From Octopus vulgaris (lineage: Eukaryota), in assembly GCA_951406725.2 (NCBI GenBank), contig OX597814.1, positions 97,836,001-97,900,000 on the forward strand: 64,000 nucleotides of DNA, written 5' to 3'. The notes below the pieces were generated by a model. That model was not told the DNA's origin and did not search any database. It worked only from the letters and a program-made list of their open reading frames with translations. A program made the translations under genes and the position numbers. Positions 25,346 through 37,900 of this stretch are shown here, one piece after another (position 1 is the first letter of the stretch; each line of letters begins with the position of its first letter).

Positions 25346-27430
25346 AGCTCAGAATGTAAAGATGGACAAAATGCCGCTAAGCATTTTGCCCAACATGCTG
25401 TTTCAGTCAAGTCACTGTCTTGCAAGAGGATTTCAAATATCTAAAACCAACAAAAGTAAGGAATCACATCTTGGACTTGTCATATCTTGGACTCTTCTCT
25501 TACGTATTAATTATTGTTCATGATCATCATCGTTTAATGTCTGCCTTCCATGCTGACATGGGTGGGATGGTTTGACAAGAGCCGGATAGGCAGGAGCCTG
25601 CCCCAGACTTCTGTAACTGTTTCAGCAGGATTTTTACAGCTGGATGTCCTTCCTAACACCAACCACTCAACAGAGTGGACTTGGTACTTTTTATGTGACA
25701 CAAGCACAGGCAAGGTCAGTTTTGGCAAAATTTTTACAGCTGGATGCCTTTCCAAATGTCAACCACTTTACAGCGTGAACTGGGTGCTTTTAAATGGCAC
25801 CTGCATTGACAGGGTCACCAAGTATGTGCAAAACAAAATAAAAAAAAAATTTGAGATGGGAGGGGGCATTAGAAAAGTTATAGTAGGCAGAGAGAGTTAT
25901 AGTGAGGCTATAATTTAATTTATATATCCTCGTTGTAAGCCTTTCCCAAGAGACTGTTGATGAAGCAGACATATGATAAAGTGCTTCAGTAGTGACCATA
26001 TCTCTCTGTTATTTTTTTCAATGAAATGTATCTAGTCTACATTATCCAATGTGTTCTTTATTTTAAAACAGTAAAGCATATAATTTGAAAATTCTAGCAG
26101 GCAGCGTGACCGTGTAGAGTTGCCCTTATTTATATGTTGTTGTTGTTTAGCTACAATCAAGCTCATTTCCAGTCAAATTATTTCAGGCCTGTCCGTCAAT
26201 TTTTTTCATTAGTTCTGCATCATGAAAACTATCCAGTGTACTGGGCCCTGTAAGCCACAGCATTTATAGATTAGAATGGGGCTCCAAGACCTGTGAGGCC
26301 CCTGGGCAATGAATTTGTAGTGGATCTTGCATGCATGAAGTGGATTTGATCCACCATAACCAAATTTAAATTAACAGTTCAACAGAACTTTTCTCACAGT
26401 AAAACAAGTTTTTCTCTGACAGCAGTTTTATATTTGCCAGATTGCCTTAGCTAGGCCCGAAATAATGCTTTCACCACTTGACCCTTATAACCTCTTCTAC
26501 TTCACCAAAACCCAGAATAGAGATATCAAGACCATGTCTATCCTGGATAATTTTAAAAGCATAAACCCCAAGCAAAAAGATAGTTCAGTCACTTGGTGAT
26601 GACTCAACCTGTTAGTCACTTCGGTGACGAATCAGTGAGAAGGAAGTCTGGCTGACCAGTTAGAACCTTGGTCAGAGGGAGCAATGAAGTTTACTGTCAA
26701 CAACTGTGAGACAACCCTATATTCTCACTAGCTCTAATTCTGTTCTCTTACAACATCATTCTATCTCTCTCAGTAATTACTACTAAGCATGCTTTTGGAT
26801 TTATCATAACCTGCCCGCTGAGGCAAGGTATTGTAACTGTAACGGTAAATAAATATTTCCTTAAAACATGCATTGTTCATCTTTCACATCCTGCAACATG
26901 TTATAACAACAAATTTTTATCATCACAACTGCTGACTCCGACATTTCATATAATTGTATACCTAATCAATCTTACCTGTTACAATAGGATGTTAGGTTTT
27001 GATCTGAAGGAGATTTGGTTGCTTTTTCTAGCAGATCAACAATTAATTATGTAATGAAAGGTGTAAGGCAAGCAACAGACCCACCAAATGTAATCTTTTG
27101 AAATATGGAAGTTAGGATCTATTTGTATGGATAGAGGAAGGTTGTAAAAATTGTGCTTGTCATGATGATGATGATCATCATCATCCTTTAATGTCTGTTT
27201 TCCATACTGGCATGTGTTAGACAGTTTGACAGGAGCTGGCCAGCCGAGGAACTGTCCAGACTCCAATTGTCTGTTGTGGTATGATTGCTATGGCTGGATG
27301 CCATTCCTAATGCCAACAACTTTACAGAGTATGCTGGATGCTTTTTACATGCCAATGGCACAGGTGTGGTTATGTAGCACTGGCACGAGTGTATTTTATG
27401 TGGCACTGGCACCTGTAAAGGACAAACCTG

Positions 27431-27951
27431 GGCAAGACTTCCGCCCCAACCTAACCACCCTTAAAATTTTTTTTTTCGACAAAATTTTTTTTTCAGCTAC
27501 GGAGATATGAATCTGCAAAAAAATTGGCAAAAATCAACTAAATTACCACCCCTCCACCCGCATTTCCTTCATTTTAAACTTTTTTTTCTTCAAAATATGC
27601 AGAAAAATACGGATATTATGATTCTGAAAAAAATTTCCAAAAATCATTGTAAAATTTTTTTAAAGAAATTTTTTTCTTCTAAATATGCGGAAAAATTTGG
27701 ACATCATGATTTGGACAAATATTTCAAAACATTTCTGAACTTACAGTTACGGTTTTAGGGTTAGGGTCAGGGTTAGGGTTAGTGTTGGGGAAAAAGTAAA
27801 AATTGAAGAAGTTTGGTGGGGTGGATTTTCACAATGCCAATTTTCTGGAACTTCCGTATTTGAAAACGGGGATGTTTGGCAAAAAAAAAAAATTACAAAA
27901 GTAAACAAATTTGGGAGAAAATGGGGGGGGGGCATGGACGGAAGTCTTTCC
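27431..27951. mobile_element. Non-autonomous DNA transposon, GG...CC termini, perfect 8-bp TSD, internal TTAGGG repeats; inserted in a family C repeat
   Basis: TIR GGCAAGACTTCCGCCC / GGACGGAAGTCTTTCC; TSD CAAACCTG at 27423-27430 and 27952-27959. Confidence 0.85.
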
Positions 27952-28452
27952 CAAACCTGTGTGTATGAATGGATGACAGTGATTTTACTTAGCTTGATGC
28001 GTCTTCTCAAGTATAGCAAATTGCCACAACTCCTGAACCCTTGCCATTTTCTCAGTGAAGCCTAGCATAATTTGTACCATCTCCACAGCTTTACATTTGG
28101 AAAGAATTTCCTGTTATTGTGTGATAGCCTTATTATGCTAATAATATTTCAGCACTGAATACCTTTGCATGCTTATCCTAGAGGTTACAGCAAGATGATG
28201 AAGTAGGAGGGTTGGTCTCCCATCTGGTGCAGGTTTGTTGGGATGCAAATTTCCTATTAGCTCGTCATGTCTGTTAATTAGGGTGGAGGTACTAAAAATG
28301 TTTTTACCATTTAATGCTGAGAACCCTCGCTAAGCCACTGGTTACACACTAAAACTATTTAAGGTGGTCAGTAAATCAATGACTTGGATATTCTGCTGAA
28401 TAAAAGTGTTGGACGTAAAGGGTTGCATGCAGTTATAACTTAACTGCGGGAT

Positions 28453-28676
28453 GGCGAGCTGGCAGAAATGTTAGCACGCTGGACGAAATGCGTAGCCATA
28501 TTTCGTCTGTTGTTACGTTTTGAGTTCAAATTCCGCCGAGGTCGACTTTGCCTTTCATCCTTTCGGGGTCGATAAATAAAGTACCAGTTACGCACTGGGG
28601 TCGATGTAATCAACTTAATCCGTTTGTCCTTGTTTGTCCCCTCTATGTTTAGCCCCTTGTGGGCAGTAAAGAAATA
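28453..28676 (+). mobile_element. Family A SINE
   Basis: Full-length copy with B-box GAGTTCAAATTCC. Confidence 0.85.
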
Positions 28677-28926
28677 TATAACTTAACTGAGGTAAGCTCA
28701 GTCTTGCACGCCCTATTAAATAAGAATGTCGAAGTTAAAATAGTTCTCATTTAAATAACTACATTTCTACAACTTTTTCTGATGAAGGCCCTCATTTCAA
28801 CTAAACCCAAATGTTCTAACTTAAAGGATATTTATCAATACAGACTACCACTACTTTCTTAGGATTTTATATTTTAGTTTTATTTTACCACTTCTAACTA
28901 TTACATTGGAGATAAATACAAATACC

Positions 28927-29158
28927 TATTTCTTTACTACCCACAAGGGGCTAAACACAGAGGGGACAAACAAGGACAGACAAACGGATTAAGTAGATTA
29001 TATCGACTCCAGTGCGTAACTGGTACTTATTTAATCGACCCCGAAAGGATGAAAGGCAAAGTCGACCTCGGCAGGATTTGAACTCAGAACGTGTCGGTAG
29101 ACGAAATACGGCTACGCATTTCGCCCGGCGTGCTAACGTTTCTGCCAGCTCGCCGCCT
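28927..29158 (-). mobile_element. Family A SINE (inverted relative to 28453-28676)
   Basis: Reverse complement of the 20922-21150 copy; ORFs 20857..21126 and 28951..29244 share the same spurious peptide. Confidence 0.85.
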
Positions 29159-29329
29159 TGATAAATACAAATATCGGCGTGTTGCAGATGGATTGGATGG
29201 CATCCAGATTTTTCCTTCCCTAGCGAGGGAGAGATTTCGTTCAACCTGCTAGAAATAGTAGCCAGGTTTGCTCGACCAGGGCTGACCTAGGGCCATACAG
29301 CAACAACCTTAGAAACAATTAGAAATGTC

Positions 29330-30011
29330 AACATTCCACGTATTTCACACGAAAATGAAATTGTTTTTAATTCTTTCTGATAAAATTAAATGCATGCTTA
29401 CTTTATCATGTTTGGATGCGATTTAAATTTACATTTTTACAGTGTGGGTCAACCAATCAGAAATGACCACGTTTAAGAATGTGAAATCGCCAACACAAAT
29501 GTAAACATTTGGGGCTTTTTCTTTGTGAAGAAGAAAGTACATTTTCGTTAACATAATTTATATCATTTTAGAATTCAAAATAAATATTTAGTTGTTTTCT
29601 TTTAAATTTAGGTTTCTTAGTACATTGCAAAAAAATAAAAAAAATCCAATCAGTTATTTAAATTGGTTTTGATTTCTTTTAAATTCCTTTAAAACAATCT
29701 CCGCAGCTAGATCGATGATATTTTCGCTTGTACTTTAACGCTAAATCGTTGAAGATAAAGACAGGAAGGAAAAACTCAACACGTGTGATTGACAATGAAT
29801 AAACAGCAAAACCAGTGACGTCATCAATATTGTGTATACACTGTCATTTGGCTTTGCTTATTGTCATCAGAAGAGTTTGATCACGCTTTCCTAGTTGCCG
29901 GTAGATTATAATCAGCAGCCACTTACTTGTGAATTAATTCTTGACAGTTTATCAGATCGGAGAACATTTAAATACTATAATTAACTTCGAGACGCAGCTC
30001 TTATTACTAAG
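29330..30011 (+). promoter_or_regulatory. DNAJC10: Putative DNAJC10 promoter and non-coding exon 1 (donor AAG|gtatgc at 30011/30012)
   Basis: Repeat-free, CpG-retaining zone with ERSE, a second CCAAT (29646), E-box CACGTG (29780-85) and CRE TGACGTCA (29816-23); exact TSS unknown. Confidence 0.6.
29453..29471 (+). promoter_or_regulatory. ER stress response element (ERSE) CCAAT-N9-CCACG
   Basis: CCAAT 29453-57, spacer CAGAAATGA (9 nt), CCACG 29467-71; upstream of an ER chaperone/reductase gene. Confidence 0.8.
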
Positions 30012-32989
30012 GTATGCAATATTTTGTATTTTAATAAATGAGATTTCTAGATTTGTCGTTATCACCAGTCTTTTCGGCAGTACCTTGTTAAAAAACTGAC
30101 ACCTGTAATAAATCTTTTCAGTTAATTCTCTAATTTTCTTTCTTTTAATTATTTTAATCAGAGACTAGATGATAGGATGTTACGATCACGTCAGATTTGT
30201 TCTTTCATCTAATTAGTTTTCACACTTTTCAATTTTTTCATTGATGTTATATATCTTGTTTGAAGTAAATTCAAAGTTAGAAGGAAAACAAAATAATATT
30301 TCAGAATTATAGTCGAAGATTGTCGCCTCTCTTGGTTTGGTATTTTACTATCTTTTTCTCGAAATTTAGTGAATAGTGTAATTGAATCTGTCGCGATATA
30401 AACTCACCGAAGTTTTGGAATGTTCTTAAAAGTTAAAAAAATTTTTTTTACAGAAGTCGGCATATATCTTTACTTCTTTAAGCATACATTTATGCATCGT
30501 TCTCTTTTTTTTTATTCCTCTTTATTCTGATGAAATCGATATAACAGTTAATTTTAAACGCTACTCGTTGATATAACAACAAAACAATTTAGAAAGTTTT
30601 TTCCTCGAAAGGGAACCGCACCGTCACCCATCATCTTATGTGTTAAATCCAGGAAACTAGTTCTTAACCAAATTCTTTAATTTTCTTTAAGTTGAACGTT
30701 AAGAAAGATCTTTAAGCAGTCCTATTGTTAACTTCTCGCTACGCTTTTTGGGTCTTTGTTAAAATCCCGTTTGTCACTTTCAGTTCAATTGATGGGGTGA
30801 AATTTAAATTGATACAGGATTCCATTCCATGTATTATTACTATAAATATTTCTTGGGCATGATTTAATGAATGATGGGGATAATAAAAAGCAATTTAGTG
30901 ATATTGATATTACATTTATATATCTTAAAGTTAAAGAAAACATTCCTTATGAGATAACTTAATTTCACTTAGTACCATGTTTTTCTACAAGATCTTTTCA
31001 AGAAATACAGTTACATAAACACACTTAGGTGAAGCGAAACATTCTTTGATTGGTTTATTTATAATCCTTCCGAGTGAATATGCATATATCGCAGTTAATC
31101 TTTTTCTTGCTATCAACTAATAGATGACCTGCTGGTAATTGAAATGGAAATATTCTGAACTTAGAGCTAAACATTTGCAAATTGTTAGGCTTTTTGGAAA
31201 ATTATGATTAATATTACTTTGTTATTCTAGACTTAGGGAGGAACGATCAAATTTATCTCACTACCTGTTTTGTCCAGTGAACAAATTTTAAAACACTTGA
31301 CATTTGTTTGATAGATAGATACCTGAGAATTTTAAAAGGGTACATTATCAACGTACATTTATATTATTCTTTAAAAAAATTGATCTGCTTACTTTTTATT
31401 TTTATTTTATTATCTTTACTGGAACTTAATACAATCATACAGTATAGTATAACCTATTGTGACTGACTGAATAAATAACTGAGTATAATCTTGCTACGCT
31501 AATAAATCTGTAAAATACCCGTCGGATGCTTATCTGAAATGGAGAAAATATAAACTTTATCAGGCCAAATAAAATTCGGTAAAAACGACTAAGCAAAGAG
31601 AAAGACGAATCCATATATGCATTGTCAATTGATTTATATATAGTTAGATGTGGCACAAATTTCCTTATTAAATTTGTTTTAATGGATTGGAAGGGGCTAT
31701 GTCCATGACCTTCGTAGACTGTGAGATAGGTCAGTTTGATTGATATTCTTGAACCACTGCAAATGGACAGTTGTGCATGTGTGGTGGTGGGGAAGAACAG
31801 TGGGGGTAAGGAGGGAATTTCAGAGGGGATGACTTTCTAGGAATATTGGTTGGGAATAATGGTTAGTGTGGAGGCAAGCACAACACCAGTTCCTGAAGGA
31901 GATCAGTATAAGAAATCAGCTAACTCCAAAGATATGAGGTGACTGTGCTAGGGGGGGGGGCTGCTTACTGGTTGGCTGTGTATGTGGTAACACCTGCATC
32001 ATTCAAGACGTAGGGGCAGAGCAGTATTGTATTGTGGGTCTCACTAAAGCCTTAAAGCAACTGTTGGAATCGGAAGTATTTTCTGGTTTTAATTAATCAC
32101 TTCACTAAATTATTTTATATACAAACAGATTTTAAAAAATTTATTTTAGAATTTCTTTTTTTTTTTGTATGTGTAGGTAATTAACCTAAAGATTGTATGT
32201 TGAAGACAAATAGATTGGCCTTCAGTCAGCCACATCTGTCACCAAGACTTGTTTGATTTTTTAAAATTCTAAGTTGGAGATAACCTGTATGTAATTCAAT
32301 AACGCATTATAATGCATTGATAAAAAAAAACATGGCATTGCTAAGAAAGAGAAAGCAGTATTCTTGGGAAATGTTAGATGAATACTTAATCAGTAGCTTT
32401 ATAGATAAAATCTGGCACCTAAAAAAACGTGCCACTACATATATTGGTAACATCATTATAATAACATTGTGAATGGATATTGCTAAGTAATAGTGGATTG
32501 GCACAATCATTGGAGCAGTATTTAGTCATGGCTTTTTAGATCTTAAGTTCTAATCCTCTCAACGTTAACCGTCTTTATTTCATCGTGGGTGGGTGTCAGT
32601 AGCATTACATACTTTTCAAGTTCTGAGATAAAGTATCCTAGATGTGAATGGAATCATAATCAAGCTGGCCTCTAGATTGCAGATAAGCAATAAAACATAT
32701 CTCAGAAGTGCTGTGCTTTAATTTCAATTAGTTATAATCATACTGTACACATTTATCAATTGTATTATGTTTTTTCATAGATCTTTTGTTACCCAGTTTA
32801 CAGTATTCTTTATTCAATGCATAATATCCACAACAAATATGTTGTTCACAGACACACACACACATTTATAGGAAACTCAAGTGTTGGTGACAGGAATGGC
32901 ATCCAGCTGTAGAAAATCTACCTCAGTAAACTCCATCTGACCCACACAAGCATGGAAAAGTATGATAAATGATAGTGATATGTATATAT

Positions 32990-33690
32990 ATCATCATGAT
33001 TTAACGTCTGTTGTCCATGCTGGCATGGGTTGGACGGTATAATCAGGGCTGGTAAGCTGAGGGGCTGCACCAGACTCCAGTCTAGTTTTGTATGGTTTCT
33101 AAGGCTGGGTGCCCTTCCTAATGCCAACCACTTCAAGAGTGTAATAGGTGCTTTTACATGTCACCGGCATGGGTGCCAGTTGCGTGACACCAGTATCTAC
33201 CACAATTACAATTTCACTTGGCTTGATGGGTCTTCTCAAGCATGGCATATTGCCAGAGGTCTTGGTCATTTGTCACTGACTCTGTTAGGTCCAACACTCA
33301 AAAGGTTCTTTTTATGTGTCACTGGCATGGGTACCAGTTACACAACACCGGCATCGGCCACATTGCCTCCGCGAGGCCCAACACTTGCAGGTGCTTTCCA
33401 CATGCCACCAGCATAGTTGCTAGTTGCCTCTGGGAGGCCCAACACTTGAAAGTGCTTTTTATGTACCACCGGCATGGGTGCTAGTTACTTTGGACTGGCA
33501 TCAGCCACAACTATGATTTCACTTGGCTTGATGGGTCTTCTCAAGCACAACATATTGCCAAAGGTCTCGGTCACTAGTCATTGCCTCTGTAAGGCGCAAC
33601 ATTCGTAGATCATACTTCACCACCTTGCCCCATGTCTTGCTGGGTTTACCTCTTGCACAGATACCTTTCACAGTTAGAAATCTGCACTAA
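32990..33690 (-). mobile_element. Family C repeat (tail ...CCCATGCCAGCATGGA..GACGTTAAA(TGA)n) with internal tandem subrepeats
   Basis: Same family at ~3960-4290, 25524-25820, 27170-27420, 34500-34760, 38330-38520, 40680-41060, 47440-47625, 56700-56905 and 63620-63790. Confidence 0.75.
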
Positions 33691-34777
33691 TAGTTAATAG
33701 ATAACAATTTTTAAATGTGTTATCAGAAGATGGCACAGGCACTGCTTATAACCTATGCAGACTTTCTATAATCTGATGAGACTGATGCAGTTGTAGTTTA
33801 CTTTGACCATCTGATTTCAGCTCAGAAAAGGATTGGTTAACCTAAAGTGCCACACAATCTTGCTTTTCAGCTGGAATTTTGGAGATGGAAACTATACAGA
33901 AACCTATCATCATATATATACATTTATATCTTTTTTTTTTTATTAGTGAAAGATGTAAACCATTCTTCATGTAGAGTTTGTCAAGTTACAAACACACCCT
34001 TGTTAACTCTTGCTGTCAGAAAGCCAATGAATGAGAGATTGGACTTTTGGAGATCTGTAATCCATTGATGTTATTGTTTACAAATTGTGATATAAAATGT
34101 CTAGAGTAGAATCTTAATTTGAGCTACTCCAGGGAGGATTAGAAGTAGTGAGGATTTTCAGATAGCGAGTTTAGAGGAGCTGAGCCTGTTGTGACAATGA
34201 TAGGGGAAAGAGAGAGAGAGAGAGAGAAGAAACAGTTTGAGTGAGTAGTTGAAACGTATTAGTGGGTGAATAATTGCTATGTAGTTAAATAATCTGTTTT
34301 TGGATGGGATTTTGCATGTTATGCATGATATGTGTGTAGCAGCCCCATCTTATATATGAAAGGAGCACTCTGTTGTGGATCTTGCTTTTGCCTTTCCAAT
34401 AGAGGACCAGAAATTGATTTGGGCTGGAATATCTGCTTTACTGAAGAAATGTAATCTTTGGGATGATGTTTTGGTTCTCTCTTAATTTCTCTAAAAAAGC
34501 ATCCAGTCCACACTGTAAAGAGGTTGTCATTGGGAAAGGCATCCAGCTGTAAAAACCATGCCACAACAGACCTCACCAGTGCTGATACCATGTAAAAAGC
34601 ACTCAGTCCACTCTGTAAGGTGGTTGGCATTAGGAAGGGCATTCAGCCATAAAAACCATGCCAAAACAGCAGTGAAGCCTGGTGCAGTCTTCTAGCTTTC
34701 CAACTCCTGTCAAACCATCAAACCCATGCCAACATGAAAAAGAAACATTAAATAATGATATATATATATATATATAT

Positions 34778-34955
34778 GTAGGGGGAGAATTCACGGAAAA
34801 AAACAAAAGACGAAGACAGGTGGTGTAGACAACAAACAAATGTATTAGTATAACGCTCGGGAATTGAAAAAGTCTTTAATGTTTCGAACCTGCGCTCTTC
34901 CACAGAAAGAAACAAGGAGAGAAAAAAAAAATGTGTAGTGGCTACCGATCTATCA
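34778..34955 (-). mobile_element. Short (TA)n-flanked element with a minimal hammerhead-like motif (probable solo PLE terminal repeat)
   Basis: Minus strand 34910-34873: TCTTT CTGTGGA A GAGC gcag GTTC GAAAC ATT AAAGA. Confidence 0.5.
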
Positions 34956-37900
34956 TATATATATATATATAATATATATATATAAGCACATACCATTTAA
35001 TACCTGTGTTACATGCTGGCATGGGTTGGATGGTTTGACAGGATCCTATGAGTCCAGTGACTGTATCATGCTCTAATGTCTGCTTTGATATGGTTTCTAT
35101 GGTTGATTGCCCTTCCTAATGCCAACCACTTTACAGTGTGTATTGGCTGCTTTTTTCATGGCATACAGCACTGATATATGTTTTTAAATACACAAAAGAC
35201 AAATAAACTGAAAAACCATTCAATACATAAAGATAGAGCATGGGCTAATTTTTACACAAGGAAAATATTGTGACAGTGACTTCAAAATGTTGCTAGTTGT
35301 CATCCTTGTCAGATTACAAAATGGCATATACATATTTTAAGTTTACCTCTAGATTTTCTGTAGAATTCAGAGCCAGTACTAAGTTATGACATTTCATAAA
35401 TAAGTATGTTTATGTAAACAATATAATTAAAAATAGAAAAATAGGGAATGGATGTATATGCCTTTTTCAAGGATTATTGTTCTTTTCATTCAACATGTCA
35501 ATCAGTCATGAAGCCATATTTTAAAAGTGTTGTGCTTTTAGTTGATTGTCAGTAATTATACTGACAGTCAACTGAAAGCACAACATTTTCAGAAACCCTT
35601 TCCTACTGGGGCTGGTTCCTTAGGCTTTAATGTCTATAATTCAATCTGCAAAATGAGTCTGTTTCTGTCTGGGTGTTGTAGCAGTCACTATTTGACTTTA
35701 GCTGGTTACTGACAGATCCAGGACGAATGATATGGACCACCCACCACGAATGATATGGACCACCCACACATATGTATGTTTGTGTATGTGAGATTATCAG
35801 AGGTTTTGAAGCATAGTACTTGTGACTATGTAATCACAATTTTGAAAGAAACTATTTGTAATGATGCCCCATTGAAGTATGTTTTCATGGTCACTGTAGA
35901 TTCAGTGTATATCTGGCATAAGATGAATGTTGCCAGTGTATTGAAAATTAAAGAGTAGTGAAGGGTGGTAACATCTACATAAAAGTGTGGATTGTTAGAA
36001 ATGACAACATGTATTTTTAGTGTACAAAATAAAAAAAAAAAACCAGAAACCAAACAAGCAAAAATTGGGTGGCCTTCCATCTTGTCATGTAGTAAACATG
36101 ACAAAATGGAAGGCTTGGGGTGATTTTTGCACTTAGTGATCATTTAAATGTGGAAGTGAGACTAATGGAGTTGGAAGTGATTGTAAAAGGTTTTTCAAGA
36201 GAAGTACTGCTTACAGGGTCATTTTGTTTATGATTTACCAGCAAGCAAGACAAAAAAATTCTGTCCCAGATATATTGTTTTGTTTCTTTTTTTCTTTGCA
36301 TGTGTGTATTTTTTATGTGTCCTTACTAGCAGTTTTTTGAAAGGCTGATTTGAAAAACTGGGGTTCTTATATCGTTGTAAAGTACTGCCAGAAGAAGAAA
36401 TGTTCTCTCCAGGCATGTATTTTGATTATTTTTATCACAAAATAAGGTTTCTGTAATTTCCTATTTGACACAAAACCAATTAAGAAATTATTCCAAGAGA
36501 GAATTATAATTGATTGTGTTGACTCAGGATATTGGCTAGGACTTAATTTATTGACCTATGGGAGAAGTAATTCAAAGTTGACACCTGATGGATTTAAAGT
36601 TGGTTTCTTGATAACTAAAACAATTAACTTCTGTAACTAAAACTGCATTTTCAGAACTAGTTCAAGTTTCTTAATTCACTGTATGTCAAGCTAGTAGCTT
36701 GATGAGACAGGTTATTCTATTTCTATAAATGTATATCCCTAAGATCATGGTTCCCAACCTTTTCTACACCTAACACCTTTAGGAAATATTTGAATTAATT
36801 TTGCACCTTGTACAAAAGCAATACCACATTTAGATATGATAAACTAAATTTTCTAATACTTAACGAATTATTTAAAAAAAATTGAACCACATACAGTACT
36901 GTAGGTGAACAAAAACTCAAAAGATATACTTTTGATTGAGTGCATAAAATGCAAATGTTAACTGAGCAATTAAAAAAAATTAAACAAAACAAAAAAAAAC
37001 TGTAAACACTAATCAATCACAATGACTTCTTTATTAAATCCTGGAACTTTTTTACTGATTGCAATCTGCAGGTCTGCCTATAGAATTGGGGTAATTTCTA
37101 GATTTTGTCTTGATTGACAAAAGATAGCTGAATCTAGATTCACATAAATATTCCCATTGCTATTGAAATGAAGCAGCAGTTCTTGGTTTTAATTTATTAA
37201 GGGTTAAATCTTCATATGTAAGGTAATAAAGTTCTTGGTCTACTTCGTAGAATAAAGTTAGTTTGAAGAATTAGTGAATAATTCTTATCTGAAAAACAGT
37301 TTTATTAATGTGTATACTTTTCCTCTTTGTTGTACTCCCGGCAAGTTTGAGTATCCCCTGCCTGAAGAGATGTCTTATTTGGTTTCAATTTCTAATTGGG
37401 TTTTCATTTTATGTACCTGAAACAAATCTTATATTTCTATGGTGAATTAATACCATATCTCTTGAAAATTTATTTATTTAAACTACTTCATTTCAGCGAT
37501 TATACATTTAATGAAATTATTTGCAATATCTGTTCTGTAAATGTCATTTTTAAGACATTTCCTATGTTTCCAGTATTCTCTTAGCGCATTGCAAAAATTA
37601 AATCAAATCTTATAAATTTCTATGAATATTTGGCTGTAAAGTGTATTTAAGATGTAACAATTTTGCATAAAATTAGAAGCATTACAGGTGAGACTTGATA
37701 GGCTATTTAATTGCTTGCAAGACTTAATTAATATGCGATGAGAAATTTTCTTTATAAAGTATTTTTCTCATGTGCAAACATTGTAAAGCTCTGCCATGAA
37801 GGTTGCATTAACCTCCTAACATCTGTTTGTGGATTTGCATTCAATTTCCACCATAACTATTTTAAGTTTTTATAATTAGCGGAGTATCAATGTATCATGG

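Noticed and set aside
25157-25444. RV-repeat / LT-repeat ORFs
   Set aside because: Translation of degenerate TTAGGG repeats
37355-37430. CCTGAAGAG...GAAAC hammerhead-like spacing
   Set aside because: Stem II and stem III could not be formed convincingly by eye
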